Below are positions 54,868 through 64,000 of a stretch of DNA of 64,000 nt, piece by piece. The stretch's first letter is position 1. Each line of letters opens with the position of its first letter. Position numbers and translations under genes: made by a program. The notes below the pieces were generated by a model. That model was given only the letters and a program-made list of their open reading frames with translations. It searched no databases and was not told the origin of the DNA. The stretch is from an uncultured Chloroflexia bacterium (GTDB lineage Bacteria > Chloroflexota > Limnocylindria > Limnocylindrales > CSP1-4). Location of the stretch: assembly GCA_963707215.1 (NCBI GenBank), contig CAVPPB010000001.1, forward strand, positions 96,001 through 160,000, written 5' to 3'.

Positions 54868-56505
54868 TCAGTCCTCGGTCGACTCCGGATCCAGGCGCGG
54901 GAACAGGGGCTCCGGCGCCTCGAGGCGACCGGGCGTGCCCGCATGGGCGCCCCAGGCCAGCTCGTCGGCGACGGACGGGCCGCCATTGCCGTCCGGCTGG
55001 TAGGGGTACGGGTAGCCGAGCTGGGCGAGGACGCGGGGGGCGGCGCCCGGCATGAACGGCGCGACCGCCATGCCCAGCAGCCGGCAGGCCTCGACAAGGT
55101 CGCCGAGCACGAACCGCAGCCGCTCGGCCGCCGCCTCGTCCCCGGCCTTCGCCGCCTTGGCCAGCGCCCACGGCTGCTCGGCGTCGACGGTCTTGTTGAC
55201 CCCTCCCACGAACTCCCACAGCTCGGCAAGGGCATCGTGGAGCAGGCAGCCCTCGATCAGATCCCGGACGGTCGCCAGGGTGTCAGCCCAGCCCTCGGCC
55301 AGAGGTGACTCGGCCGCCGGACGCGGGTCCGGTCGCTCGCCGCCGAGATAGCGGTTCGTCATCGAGACGGTCCGGTTGACGAGGTTGCCGAAATCGTTCG
55401 CCAGGTCGGCGTTGTAGCGGCGGACGAACGCGTCCCAGGAGACCTCGGTGTCGCGGTCGAAGGCGACCTCGCGGAGGGCCACGTAGCGGGCGCCGTCGGG
55501 GCCGAAGGCCGCGACGAAGTCGTTCGGGTCGAGGAAGTTGCCCCGGCTCTTGCTCATCCGCTCCCCGCCGGCGGCCAGCAGCCAACCGTGGACCCAGACG
55601 CGGCGTGGCGCCTCGAGCCCGGCGCTCCAGAGCATCGCCGGCCAGTAGATCGTGTGGAAGCGGGCGATGTCCTTGCCGATGACGTGGAGGTCAGCCGGCC
55701 ACCAGCGGGCGAACGCCTCCGGGTCGTCGGGGAAGCCGGCCCCGGTGATGTAGTTGATCAGCGCGTCGTACCAGACGTAGATCGTCCCGGCCTCCGGATC
55801 CCAGGTCCCGTCGGGCAGCTGGGCGGACGAGCCGTCCTCGAGGATCGGGAACGGGATGCCCCAGCTGGCCCCGGCCCGGCTGATGGAGAAGTCCTCCAGC
55901 CCGCCGCGGATGAACCCGAGCATCTCGTTGCGCCGGTAGTCGGGCTGGACGAAGTCGGGGTGCTCCGCGTAGTGGCGCTCGAGCCGCTCCTGGTAGGCCG
56001 ACAGGCGGAAGAACCAGTTCCGCTCGGTCAGCCACTGGAGGGGCACGTCCGGATGGTTCGGGCAGATCGTGCCCCGGGCCGTCTCCTGGACATCGGTGGC
56101 GTTGCGGAAGCCCTCGTTCGGGCAGTACCAACCCTCGTAGGTGCCCTGGTAGATGTCGCCGTTGGCATGAGCCCGGCGGACCATCTCCTGGGCCGCCCGG
56201 ACGTGGTCCGGGTCGCTGGTCCGGATGAAGCGGTCCGGCGAGATGAGGAGCGAAGACTCGGCCTCCACGAAGCGGTCGACCTGCAGGTCGACGAAGGCCT
56301 TGGGCGAGACGCCCTCCTCGGCCGCCCGCATCGCGATGTTGACCGAGTGCTCGTCGGTGCCCGTCAGGAAGCGGGTCGGTCGACCCACCATGCGGTGCCA
56401 GCGGGCGATCGCATCGGCGGCGACCACCTCGTGGAGCGTGTGCAGGCCGGGCTTGTTGTTGGCGTAGGCGATCGCGGTCGTGACGTAGAAGCGGTCATCG
56501 GGCAT
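54868..56505 (-). CDS. metG: Methionine--tRNA ligase (short form)
   Basis: FLTGTDEH, YVWYDALINY, IGKDI, RMSKSRGN; adjacent to tatD. Confidence 0.93.
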   Translation of the reverse strand: MPDDRFYVTTAIAYANNKPGLHTLHEVVAADAIARWHRMVGRPTRFLTGTDEHSVNIAMRAAEEGVSPKAFVDLQVDRFVEAESSLLISPDRFIRTSDPDHVRAAQEMVRRAHANGDIYQGTYEGWYCPNEGFRNATDVQETARGTICPNHPDVPLQWLTERNWFFRLSAYQERLERHYAEHPDFVQPDYRRNEMLGFIRGGLEDFSISRAGASWGIPFPILEDGSSAQLPDGTWDPEAGTIYVWYDALINYITGAGFPDDPEAFARWWPADLHVIGKDIARFHTIYWPAMLWSAGLEAPRRVWVHGWLLAAGGERMSKSRGNFLDPNDFVAAFGPDGARYVALREVAFDRDTEVSWDAFVRRYNADLANDFGNLVNRTVSMTNRYLGGERPDPRPAAESPLAEGWADTLATVRDLIEGCLLHDALAELWEFVGGVNKTVDAEQPWALAKAAKAGDEAAAERLRFVLGDLVEACRLLGMAVAPFMPGAAPRVLAQLGYPYPYQPDGNGGPSVADELAWGAHAGTPGRLEAPEPLFPRLDPESTED

Positions 56506-56713
56506 GGCCGCGCGATGGTAGCAGGGGTCGCCGGCCGGACGGTCAGCCGCTGGACGTGCCGAGCACCTCGTCGAGCTGCGACTCGACGTCGTCCGCGATC
56601 GGCGCCGCGGCGGTCGTGGACTCGCTACTGTGCCTCCGGGCGGCCCGGAGCGTCACGGTCCGGCCCTAGAATCGCGCGGACGCTCGGATCCGCTCCGGAG
56701 CGAGGGAGGCTCG

Positions 56714-59464
56714 ATGTCCGTGCCGTCGGCCGCAGCGGCCACGCGACCCGATCGTCCGTGGCACGCCATGGATCCCGATGCCGTGGCGACCGCGCTCGGG
56801 GTGGAGCCGGCGCGCGGCCTCGACCCCTCGGAGGCCGCCGCCCGCCTGGATCGGTACGGCCGCAACGTGCCCCCCGAGCCGGTCCGCCCGTCCGCCGCCC
56901 GGGCCGTGCTGGGCCAGCTCGTCGCTCCGGTGCCGATCGCGCTCGGCGTGGCCCTCGTCGTGAGCCTTGTGCTCCGGGAGATCTCGGCCGCACTGCTGCT
57001 GGCCGCTGCGGTCGTCATCGACGTGATCGTCGGGGCCAACGAGACCCTGAAGGCGCGGGCGCCGGTCACGGCGATCGGGAGCCTCTGGGCGACGACCGCG
57101 ATGGTCCGTCGGGTCGGTCGGGTCATCCCGGTCAACGCGACCGAGCTGGTCCCCGGTGACGTCGTCTCGATCGGCCCGGGAGACGTCGTGCCGGCCGACG
57201 GCCGGCTGATCGACAGTGTGGCGCTCCTTGTCGACGAGGCCGATCGTGACCGGCGAGACGGCGTCCGACCGCCAAGGCGGTCCCCTTGGTCGGCGCTCCC
57301 GATGCCGCCCTGCCCGAGCGGACCAGCCTGGTCCACGCCGGCTCGCGGGTCCTCCAGGGTCGCGCGACGTTCGTCGCCACCGCCACCGGCCAGGGGACCG
57401 AGCTCGGCCGGATCGCCGGCCTGCTCGGCGCGACCGACCGGGACCCGACCCCGCTCCGGCGCCGGTTGCGCGCATCGGGGACCGCCCTGGCGCTCCTCGC
57501 CGTCGGTGCGATCGCGGTGAGCGTCGCCGTCGGCTGGTACCGGGGCGAGCCCCTGGATCGCCTGGTCCTGGTGGCGATCGGCGTGGTCGTCGCCTCGATC
57601 CCTGCGGGCCTCCCGATCTTCGTCCGGGCCACGCTGGCCGTGGGGGCCCAGCGGCTCGGCATGGCCGGGACGCCGGTCCGCTACCTTGACGCGGTCACGG
57701 CGCTCGGCCACGTCGGAGCCGTCGACGCTGGGCTGGCCGGGATCCTGACCCTGGGCCGTCCGACGGCCCGGTCCGTCTTCTACCGGGGCAGCTGGTACAC
57801 GGTCGAGGGCGATGGCGCGGCTACCTCCGGCCGGATGCTCCACGTCGCCGGGGCGACCCTGCCCGGATTCGATCGGCTTGCCTACATCTCCGCCCTGGTG
57901 ACGGACGTCGCGCTCGGCGACGACGACCCGGCCACGATCGCCTCGACCGAGGCCGCGATGGTCGTCCTGGCCGCCAAGCTCGGGATCGACGCGGATCAGA
58001 GCCGTCATGCCTACCCCCGCCTCCTGGGCCTGCCCTACGACGCCACCCTCGGGCTCGACGGCATCGGTCCATCGCCTGCCGCTCGACGGTCCCGGGTCGT
58101 CGGTCGTCACGGCCCTGGTCATCGGGACGCCGGAGGCCCTGCTCGTCCGGAGCTCTACGGCCGACTGGGGTGGTGAGGACCCGCTCGCGATCGACCCGGT
58201 CCGGCACGAGGTCGAGGCCGCCCTTGCCCGGATGCGGTCGGAGGGCATGCAGGTCGTCGCGCTCGGCGCTCGCCGGCTGACGACCACCCCCGAGGACGCC
58301 GCCGAGGAGATCGCCGCTGACCCGATGACCCTGCTCGGCGACCTGACCTTCGTCGGCCTCGTGGGGATCGTGGACCCGATCCGGCCGGACGCCCGGGCGG
58401 TGATCACGACGGCTTCCAGGGCCGGGATCGACCTCCGGGTCGTCACCGGCCGGGACCCGGTCACCGCGGCGTCGACCGCCGCCGAGCTCGGACTCGCCGG
58501 TGAGGCCATCGGTGGACCGGACCTCGCCAGCCTGTCCGACGAGACCGTGCGGAGCCGACTGACCGGTCTCCGCATCGTGGGCTGGGCGTCCGCCATCGAC
58601 CGTTTGCGGCTGACCCGCGCCCTCCAGGCCGGCGGCACGAGCGTCGCCGTCCTCTCGAACGGCGTCGTCGATGCGCCGGCGATGCGGGCCGCCGGGGTCG
58701 GTGCCGCAAGCCGGCCGGGCTCCGCCGTGACGGACCAGGCCGCCTCGGTGGTCGTCGGCGACGGCGGGCTGGCCGCCCTGCTCCGGGCGATCGCCATCGG
58801 GCGCGAGACGCGGGACCGGGTCGCCGCCTATGGCCGGCTCGCGGCGATCCAGCTCGTCGGGCTGGTGTCCCTGTTCGTGACCGCCGCACTCCTCGACGTC
58901 AACGGCGGCCTGCCGCTGGTGCCCGTCCAGGTCCTCTTCCTGGGTCTCGTCGTCACCGTCTTCCCCGTCGTCGCCATCGCCTCCGACGTGGCCGATCCCG
59001 GCGTCATGGAGCATCCGCCCGACGACCCGGATGGCGGCCCGGCCGATCGACCGACCATCCTCCGCCGGCTCGTGGCCGGGCTGGCTCTCGGGCTCGCGGC
59101 GCTGGCCGTCTACCCCGTCAGCGCTGCGATCGGCTGGGGCGAGCCGGCCTTCGACCGCGCCTCGGTGCCGATGACCCTGGCGTTCGTGACGCTGGGCTTC
59201 GGGACGATCCTGGTCGGGCTGGCCGCGCGGCGGCCCGTGGACTGGGCGTTCAAGAGCCCGTTGCCGCGGTTCCTCGGCATCCTCCTCGTACCGCTGGTGC
59301 TGCTCTTCCTCTCGACCGAGCTGGGCGTCCTGAAGGCGTTCCTCGTGACGGTCGACCTTCGCCAGGAGCAGTGGGGCGTCGCGCTCCTCCTGGGCTCGGC
59401 GGCGTTCTGGGTCATGGAGGCCGACAAGCTCCTCCAGCGACGGGTGCGCATCCGCTTCCACTAG
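56714..59464 (+). CDS. P-type ATPase (P2-like) homologue with degenerate catalytic motifs (two apparent frameshifts)
   Basis: LVPGDVV..GDVVPADGRL, TGQGTELGRIA, GLVGIVDPIRP, C-terminal TMs; DKTGT absent. Confidence 0.8.
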
Positions 59465-59527
59465 GGACCCTGTCCCGGGTCGTCGAAAGCAGGGCGACGC
59501 AACGCAGGCGCTCGTGGGACGAGGACG

Positions 59528-60247
59528 TCAGCCGTCGATCGTCCGCCGCAGCTCGGCCGCCCGATCGCGGAGGGACCGGAAGTAATCCGAGTCGGTGATC
59601 TCGGCCACCTGCCGGGCCTGGCGCGCCTCGTCGATCTCGATCCGCAGCTCGGCCACCTGCGCTCGCAGGCGCTCCTCGCGAGCCCGCACCTCGCCCGCCA
59701 TCCGCTGGAAGGTCCGGGCAAGCTGACCGAGGGCGTCGTCCCTGGCGGCCACGGCGTCGAGGGTCGCGGGATCGAAGGCATCCGCCTCCACGGCGGCGGC
59801 GGCGTCGATGACCCGCTCGACCTGTTCGAGGTACTCGCGCTCGAGGTCGCGCAACCGCTTGGCTGCCAGCCCGGCGTTGAGGCGGGCTCGCAGGATGGAC
59901 GGGTCGACGGGCTTCGGCAGGTAGTCGAGGGCGCCGAGCTCGATGCAGCGGACGACCGAATCGAGCTCGTCCACCGCGCTGATCACGATGACCGGCAGGT
60001 GGGCCAGCCGCGGATCGGCCTTCATCCGCTCGAGCGTTCCGTAGCCGTCGAGCCGGGGCATGACCAGGTCGAGCAGGACGACGTCGAACGGCGGCTCTCC
60101 GGCGCCGGCGAGGACATCGAGGGCCGCCAGGCCGTCGTCCACGGAGGTGACCGCGTGACCCTGCTCGCGCAGGAGCCGCTCGAGGAGCATCCGGTTCACC
60201 AGAGCGTCCTCGACGACCAGGACGCGGCCGCCGCCCGCCGCGGTCAT
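59528..60247 (-). CDS. Response regulator with HAMP-like/coiled-coil C-terminus
   Basis: VLVVED, LLDLVMP, YLPKP. Confidence 0.88.
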   Translation of the reverse strand: MTAAGGGRVLVVEDALVNRMLLERLLREQGHAVTSVDDGLAALDVLAGAGEPPFDVVLLDLVMPRLDGYGTLERMKADPRLAHLPVIVISAVDELDSVVRCIELGALDYLPKPVDPSILRARLNAGLAAKRLRDLEREYLEQVERVIDAAAAVEADAFDPATLDAVAARDDALGQLARTFQRMAGEVRAREERLRAQVAELRIEIDEARQARQVAEITDSDYFRSLRDRAAELRRTIDG

Positions 60248-60609
60248 GCCCTGGCCGCCACGATCTGCAGCTCCCCCGTCGCCGCCTCGAGCTCGGCGGC
60301 GATCGCCTCGACGGCATCGCCCAGCCCTTCGAGCCCACCGGATCGCGCCTGCGCCTCCAGGACCCGGCAGCGCTCGGCCAACCCCGTGGCCCCGAGGGCG
60401 GCGCTGGACGACTTGAGGGTGTGGGCCGGGCGGACGAGGTCGGCCGCGGATCCGGACTCGAGCGCGGCACGCATGGCCGCCACCTGCCCGGGGGCGTCGG
60501 CGAGGTACGCGCCGATCAGCTCGGCGAGGAACGCACGATCCCCGCCCGTCGCCTCCAGCAGCTGGTCGATGACGACTCGATCGATCGTCGCTCCAGACGA
60601 CTCAGGCAT
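60244..60609 (-). CDS. Hpt phosphotransfer protein
   Basis: AHTLKSSSAALGA. Confidence 0.9.
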   Translation of the reverse strand: MPESSGATIDRVVIDQLLEATGGDRAFLAELIGAYLADAPGQVAAMRAALESGSAADLVRPAHTLKSSSAALGATGLAERCRVLEAQARSGGLEGLGDAVEAIAAELEAATGELQIVAARA

Positions 60610-60675
60610 CCCAACCCCTCCGGCCATCGTCGATCGATCCGAGGATAGCGACCGGGTGCCGCACCCGGGATCCGC

Positions 60676-62916
60676 TCACGCCGGCCCGCCGATGCGGACC
60701 GCGTCGGCACCCTCGTGAAGGTCGAGATCCGCCGTGCCGGTCCCGTCGAGCGTCACCGGCACGGCCGGACCTGGGGTCTCGACGACCGCGGCGTCGGCCC
60801 AGGCGGACGAGTCGCCCTCTGCGTCGACCCGGTACGCCCAGACCCGAATCGCGCCTGCGACGCGTGGCTCGAGCTCGACCCGGACGTCCGCGAGCCCGCC
60901 CGCGCTCCCCAGGACCACCGTGGCGCCGTCGGCAGACCGCGCCATCGCACCGGATCTCCAGGTGACCCGGGCGGCCGCCGGCCGGCCGGTCCGGACGACC
61001 TCCAGGGCGGCGGTCCCCGCCCCCGGTCCCTCGACCCGCAGCTGGACCACGGCCCGGGGCCGGAACGCGCCACCTGACACGGCCCGAACGGCGACCACCG
61101 CGACGCCGGCGGCGGCTCCGAGGGCGGCGACTCGGGCGACCGGATCCGTCCAGATCCAGATGCCGTGCACCAGGATCGCTGCGATGAACAGGGCCGCCAC
61201 GGTCGTCACGACGAGCGGATGGCCGATGAACCCGATGACCGGTCGGGGGACGAACTCACCGCGACGCCGGGAGGCAGCCACGAGCAGCATCGGGTAGACA
61301 CCGGCCATCAGCGGCACCGCGAGGATGCCGACGACCGCGAGCGGGGCGGTGAAGTCCGCCACATCGGCCAGGATCAGGACGACGAGGATCAGGACCACCG
61401 CGACGACCGGGAGCAGCGACACGGTCGACCGGCCGCGCCGGCCGGCGATCGCGCGCTGCCACGCCGGCTGCCCGACGCCCGCCGCCCTCGAGACCGGCGG
61501 GAGCCACTCGCGGACCTGGTTGAAGAGCCCCAGGGAGCAGTAGATCGAGCCGATCCCGAGGGCCAGGACGACGTAGATCGATCCGAGGACCAGGACGACC
61601 GGGCCCGCGACCTCGGCGAGCGGCGAGATAGCGGTGCCCTCGAACCCCACGAGCGCCTCCGAGCCGACGGCCCCGTTGACCGCCAGGACGCCGAGGGAGT
61701 ACAGGCCGATCACGGCCAGCATCGCGGCGACGTTGCCGCCGAGCAGCGCCTTGCCGGTCATGTCCTCGCGCAGGAGGAGCTTCGCGGCGTTGCCGGCCGA
61801 GGTGTGCCCGAAGTAGGCCACCAGGATGACCCCGAACACGATCTGGAGCAGCCCGACCTCGAGCACGAGACCGCCCCCCGACGCGTCGATCGCAAGGTTC
61901 GCCGGATCGAGGTACGCCAGGCCGATGGCGCAGATGGCGAGGATCAGGGCGATGTTCACCGCCCCGATCACCAGGGCCGACGCGACCGTCGCGTCGAGCG
62001 CATCACGGCGCAGGAAGTACACGTTGATCGCGAACAGCAGGCCCACCCACCAGAGGAGGCCGATGCCGCTGGCGTCGGACAGCACGGAGGCGAAGCCGAG
62101 CAGGTAGGTGAGGAGCACGACCGCGTTGAAGACGAACAGCGTCACCGTGAACGCGACGGCCCCCCCGCGGCCGAGATACTCCCGGACCAGCCGGCCGAAG
62201 TAGGTCTCGCCGTAGCGCATCTGGCCGGTCCGGGTGATCGCCTCGACGAGGGCGGCCAGGGTCACGACGTTGACGAGGCCCAGGACCACCAGGAGGGCGA
62301 TCCCGGGCAGCGGGCCGATGCCCGCGACGGCGACCGGGATGGCCAGGATCCCCTCGGCGATCGTCTCGGTGAGTGCGAGCGCGAAGGCCATCCAGAACGG
62401 CGGCAGGGTCTCAAGGCGTTCGGCCGCACGCGCCCGCAGCCAGCGGAGGCGATCGCGGACGGGTTGCGGGGCCGCGAAGCTGTGATCGATGACCGCCCCG
62501 TAGGCCCGCTCGTAGGCGGATCGGACGGCGGGATCCCCGGTGCCGAGGGCCGCCGCGACCCGGGATGCCCGGCCGGCCACCAACGGGTACTTCTCCCCGA
62601 GCCGGCGAACGAGGGCGGCCCGGAGGTCCGGGTCCGGCGGGACGAGGTCGGCCCATGACGGGGCGTAGCGCTCGAGGTCCTGGACGGTCACCCGGACCGG
62701 CAGGTCACGAGCCCCGGCCAGCGCCTGGAGGAACGCCAGCTCGCGCTCCTGGACGGAGCGCTCCGTCTCGTAGGTCGCCATCGCTGCGCGCGAGCGATCG
62801 ACCAGGCGGGCGGTCCTGGCCTCGATGGCGAACAGGAGCGTCGTGACCCGCCGGGCCGGCAGCCCGGCCAGCAGCTCGCTCCTGGAGAAGAGCGGCGGGC
62901 CGGCGTCCCCGGTCAT
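60676..62916 (-). CDS. Amino-acid-permease-like membrane protein with soluble N- and C-terminal domains
   Basis: TETIAEGILAIP resembles HAAAP/APC TM1; about 12 TMs; ATGA overlap with kinase. Confidence 0.65.
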   Translation of the reverse strand: MTGDAGPPLFSRSELLAGLPARRVTTLLFAIEARTARLVDRSRAAMATYETERSVQERELAFLQALAGARDLPVRVTVQDLERYAPSWADLVPPDPDLRAALVRRLGEKYPLVAGRASRVAAALGTGDPAVRSAYERAYGAVIDHSFAAPQPVRDRLRWLRARAAERLETLPPFWMAFALALTETIAEGILAIPVAVAGIGPLPGIALLVVLGLVNVVTLAALVEAITRTGQMRYGETYFGRLVREYLGRGGAVAFTVTLFVFNAVVLLTYLLGFASVLSDASGIGLLWWVGLLFAINVYFLRRDALDATVASALVIGAVNIALILAICAIGLAYLDPANLAIDASGGGLVLEVGLLQIVFGVILVAYFGHTSAGNAAKLLLREDMTGKALLGGNVAAMLAVIGLYSLGVLAVNGAVGSEALVGFEGTAISPLAEVAGPVVLVLGSIYVVLALGIGSIYCSLGLFNQVREWLPPVSRAAGVGQPAWQRAIAGRRGRSTVSLLPVVAVVLILVVLILADVADFTAPLAVVGILAVPLMAGVYPMLLVAASRRRGEFVPRPVIGFIGHPLVVTTVAALFIAAILVHGIWIWTDPVARVAALGAAAGVAVVAVRAVSGGAFRPRAVVQLRVEGPGAGTAALEVVRTGRPAAARVTWRSGAMARSADGATVVLGSAGGLADVRVELEPRVAGAIRVWAYRVDAEGDSSAWADAAVVETPGPAVPVTLDGTGTADLDLHEGADAVRIGGPA

Positions 62917-64000
62917 GCCTCCGCCGGAGGGCCGTCGCCCCTCGGGACGCGCTCGAGCGCCTCGACGAGCGCCTCGACCCGGATCGGCTTGCTGACGTAG
63001 TCGTCCATCCCGGCGGCCAGGCAGGCGTCCCGATCCTCGTCCATGGCGTTGGCGGTCATGGCGATGATGTGCGGGCGCCCCTCCGGCCAACGGGCGCGGA
63101 TCCGCCGGGTCGCCTCCAGCCCGTCGAGCTCCGGCATCTGGACATCCATCAGAACCAGGTCGTACCTGGCCGACTCGAGGGCAGCGATCACCGCTAGCCC
63201 ATCCCCAGCGACGTCCGCCGCGTAGCCCATCCGCTCGAGCAGGCGCAGGGCGAGCTTCTGGTTCACTGGGTTGTCCTCCGCCAGGAGGATCCGGAGCGGG
63301 TGGCGGGCGGCCGTCTCCGGGTCCAGGGCCGGGCGATCGGGCGCCCGCTGCACCGGGACCGCGGACGCTCCGGCGAGCGCCGTGACCACGGCGTCGTGGA
63401 GCGCCGAGAGCTTCACGGGTTTGGCCAGGTAGGCGGCCGCCAGCGGGTTCGCCCGGTCGCGATGGCCCGCGGACGACATGACGATGATCGGCAGGTCCGG
63501 TCGGACTGCGCGAGCCGCCTCGGCCAGCGCGAGCCCATCGAGCTCCGGCATCTGGAGATCCGTGATCAGGAGGTCGAGGGGCTCATCCGACCTGACCACG
63601 TCCACGGCATCCGAGGCGGATGCCGTGTCACGGGTCAGCATCCCCCAGCGACCGACCTGCGCCGCGAGGATCCGACGATTCGTCGCGTTGTCGTCCACGA
63701 TCAGGACCCGCCGGCCCACCAGATCAAGCGGCGCGAGGTCGGTCCGCGTCTCAGCGCCATCGGTCCCCGCGGGCAGCTGGACCACGAGACGGAACGTGCT
63801 GCCCTGGCCCGCCACGCCGGTGCTCTCCGCGGTGAGATCGCCGTCCATGAGCTGGGCCAGCCGACGGCTGATGACCAGCCCCAGCCCGGTCCCCCCGAAA
63901 CGTCGCGAGATGCTGGCGTCGGCCTGGCTGAAGCTCTGGAAGAGACGGCTCATCCGGTCGGGCAGGATCCCGATGCCGGTGTCGCGGACCGTGACCTCGA
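62913..64000 (-). CDS. Hybrid sensor histidine kinase, C-terminal part (HATPase plus two receiver domains)
   Basis: DTGIGI, FSQAD, GGTGLGL, two REC domains (VDDN, AEDN). Confidence 0.93.
   Translation of the reverse strand, partial: EVTVRDTGIGILPDRMSRLFQSFSQADASISRRFGGTGLGLVISRRLAQLMDGDLTAESTGVAGQGSTFRLVVQLPAGTDGAETRTDLAPLDLVGRRVLIVDDNATNRRILAAQVGRWGMLTRDTASASDAVDVVRSDEPLDLLITDLQMPELDGLALAEAARAVRPDLPIIVMSSAGHRDRANPLAAAYLAKPVKLSALHDAVVTALAGASAVPVQRAPDRPALDPETAARHPLRILLAEDNPVNQKLALRLLERMGYAADVAGDGLAVIAALESARYDLVLMDVQMPELDGLEATRRIRARWPEGRPHIIAMTANAMDEDRDACLAAGMDDYVSKPIRVEALVEALERVPRGDGPPAEA

Overview
High-GC bacterial chromosomal segment. Gene content and protein style suggest Chloroflexota (inference only). 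Most of the window is housekeeping: a ynbABC-like lipid operon, ECF sigma/anti-sigma, dnaE, nucleoside hydrolase plus BMP-family ABC transporter, gatCAB, ligA, pcrA, groES/groL with CIRCE, tatD, metG and a phosphorelay. Many essential genes carry indels that look like read errors. The standout region is an ~9 kb mosaic (5.1-14.2 kb) just downstream of tRNA-Leu(CAA). It holds five copies of a c-di-GMP-II-like riboswitch variant (invariant GAGCCACTGGCGAGACCGACCCG), three of them with a conserved promoter-bearing leader, plus a fourth leader with a truncated aptamer. Four of the five aptamers sit in front of a different secreted or membrane gene. Two further repeat families lie antisense at cargo-gene 3' ends, giving a cassette-like layout with no integrase in view. 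Other oddities: a MetRS whose HIGH motif reads GLHT, and a full-length P-type ATPase homologue lacking its catalytic motifs.
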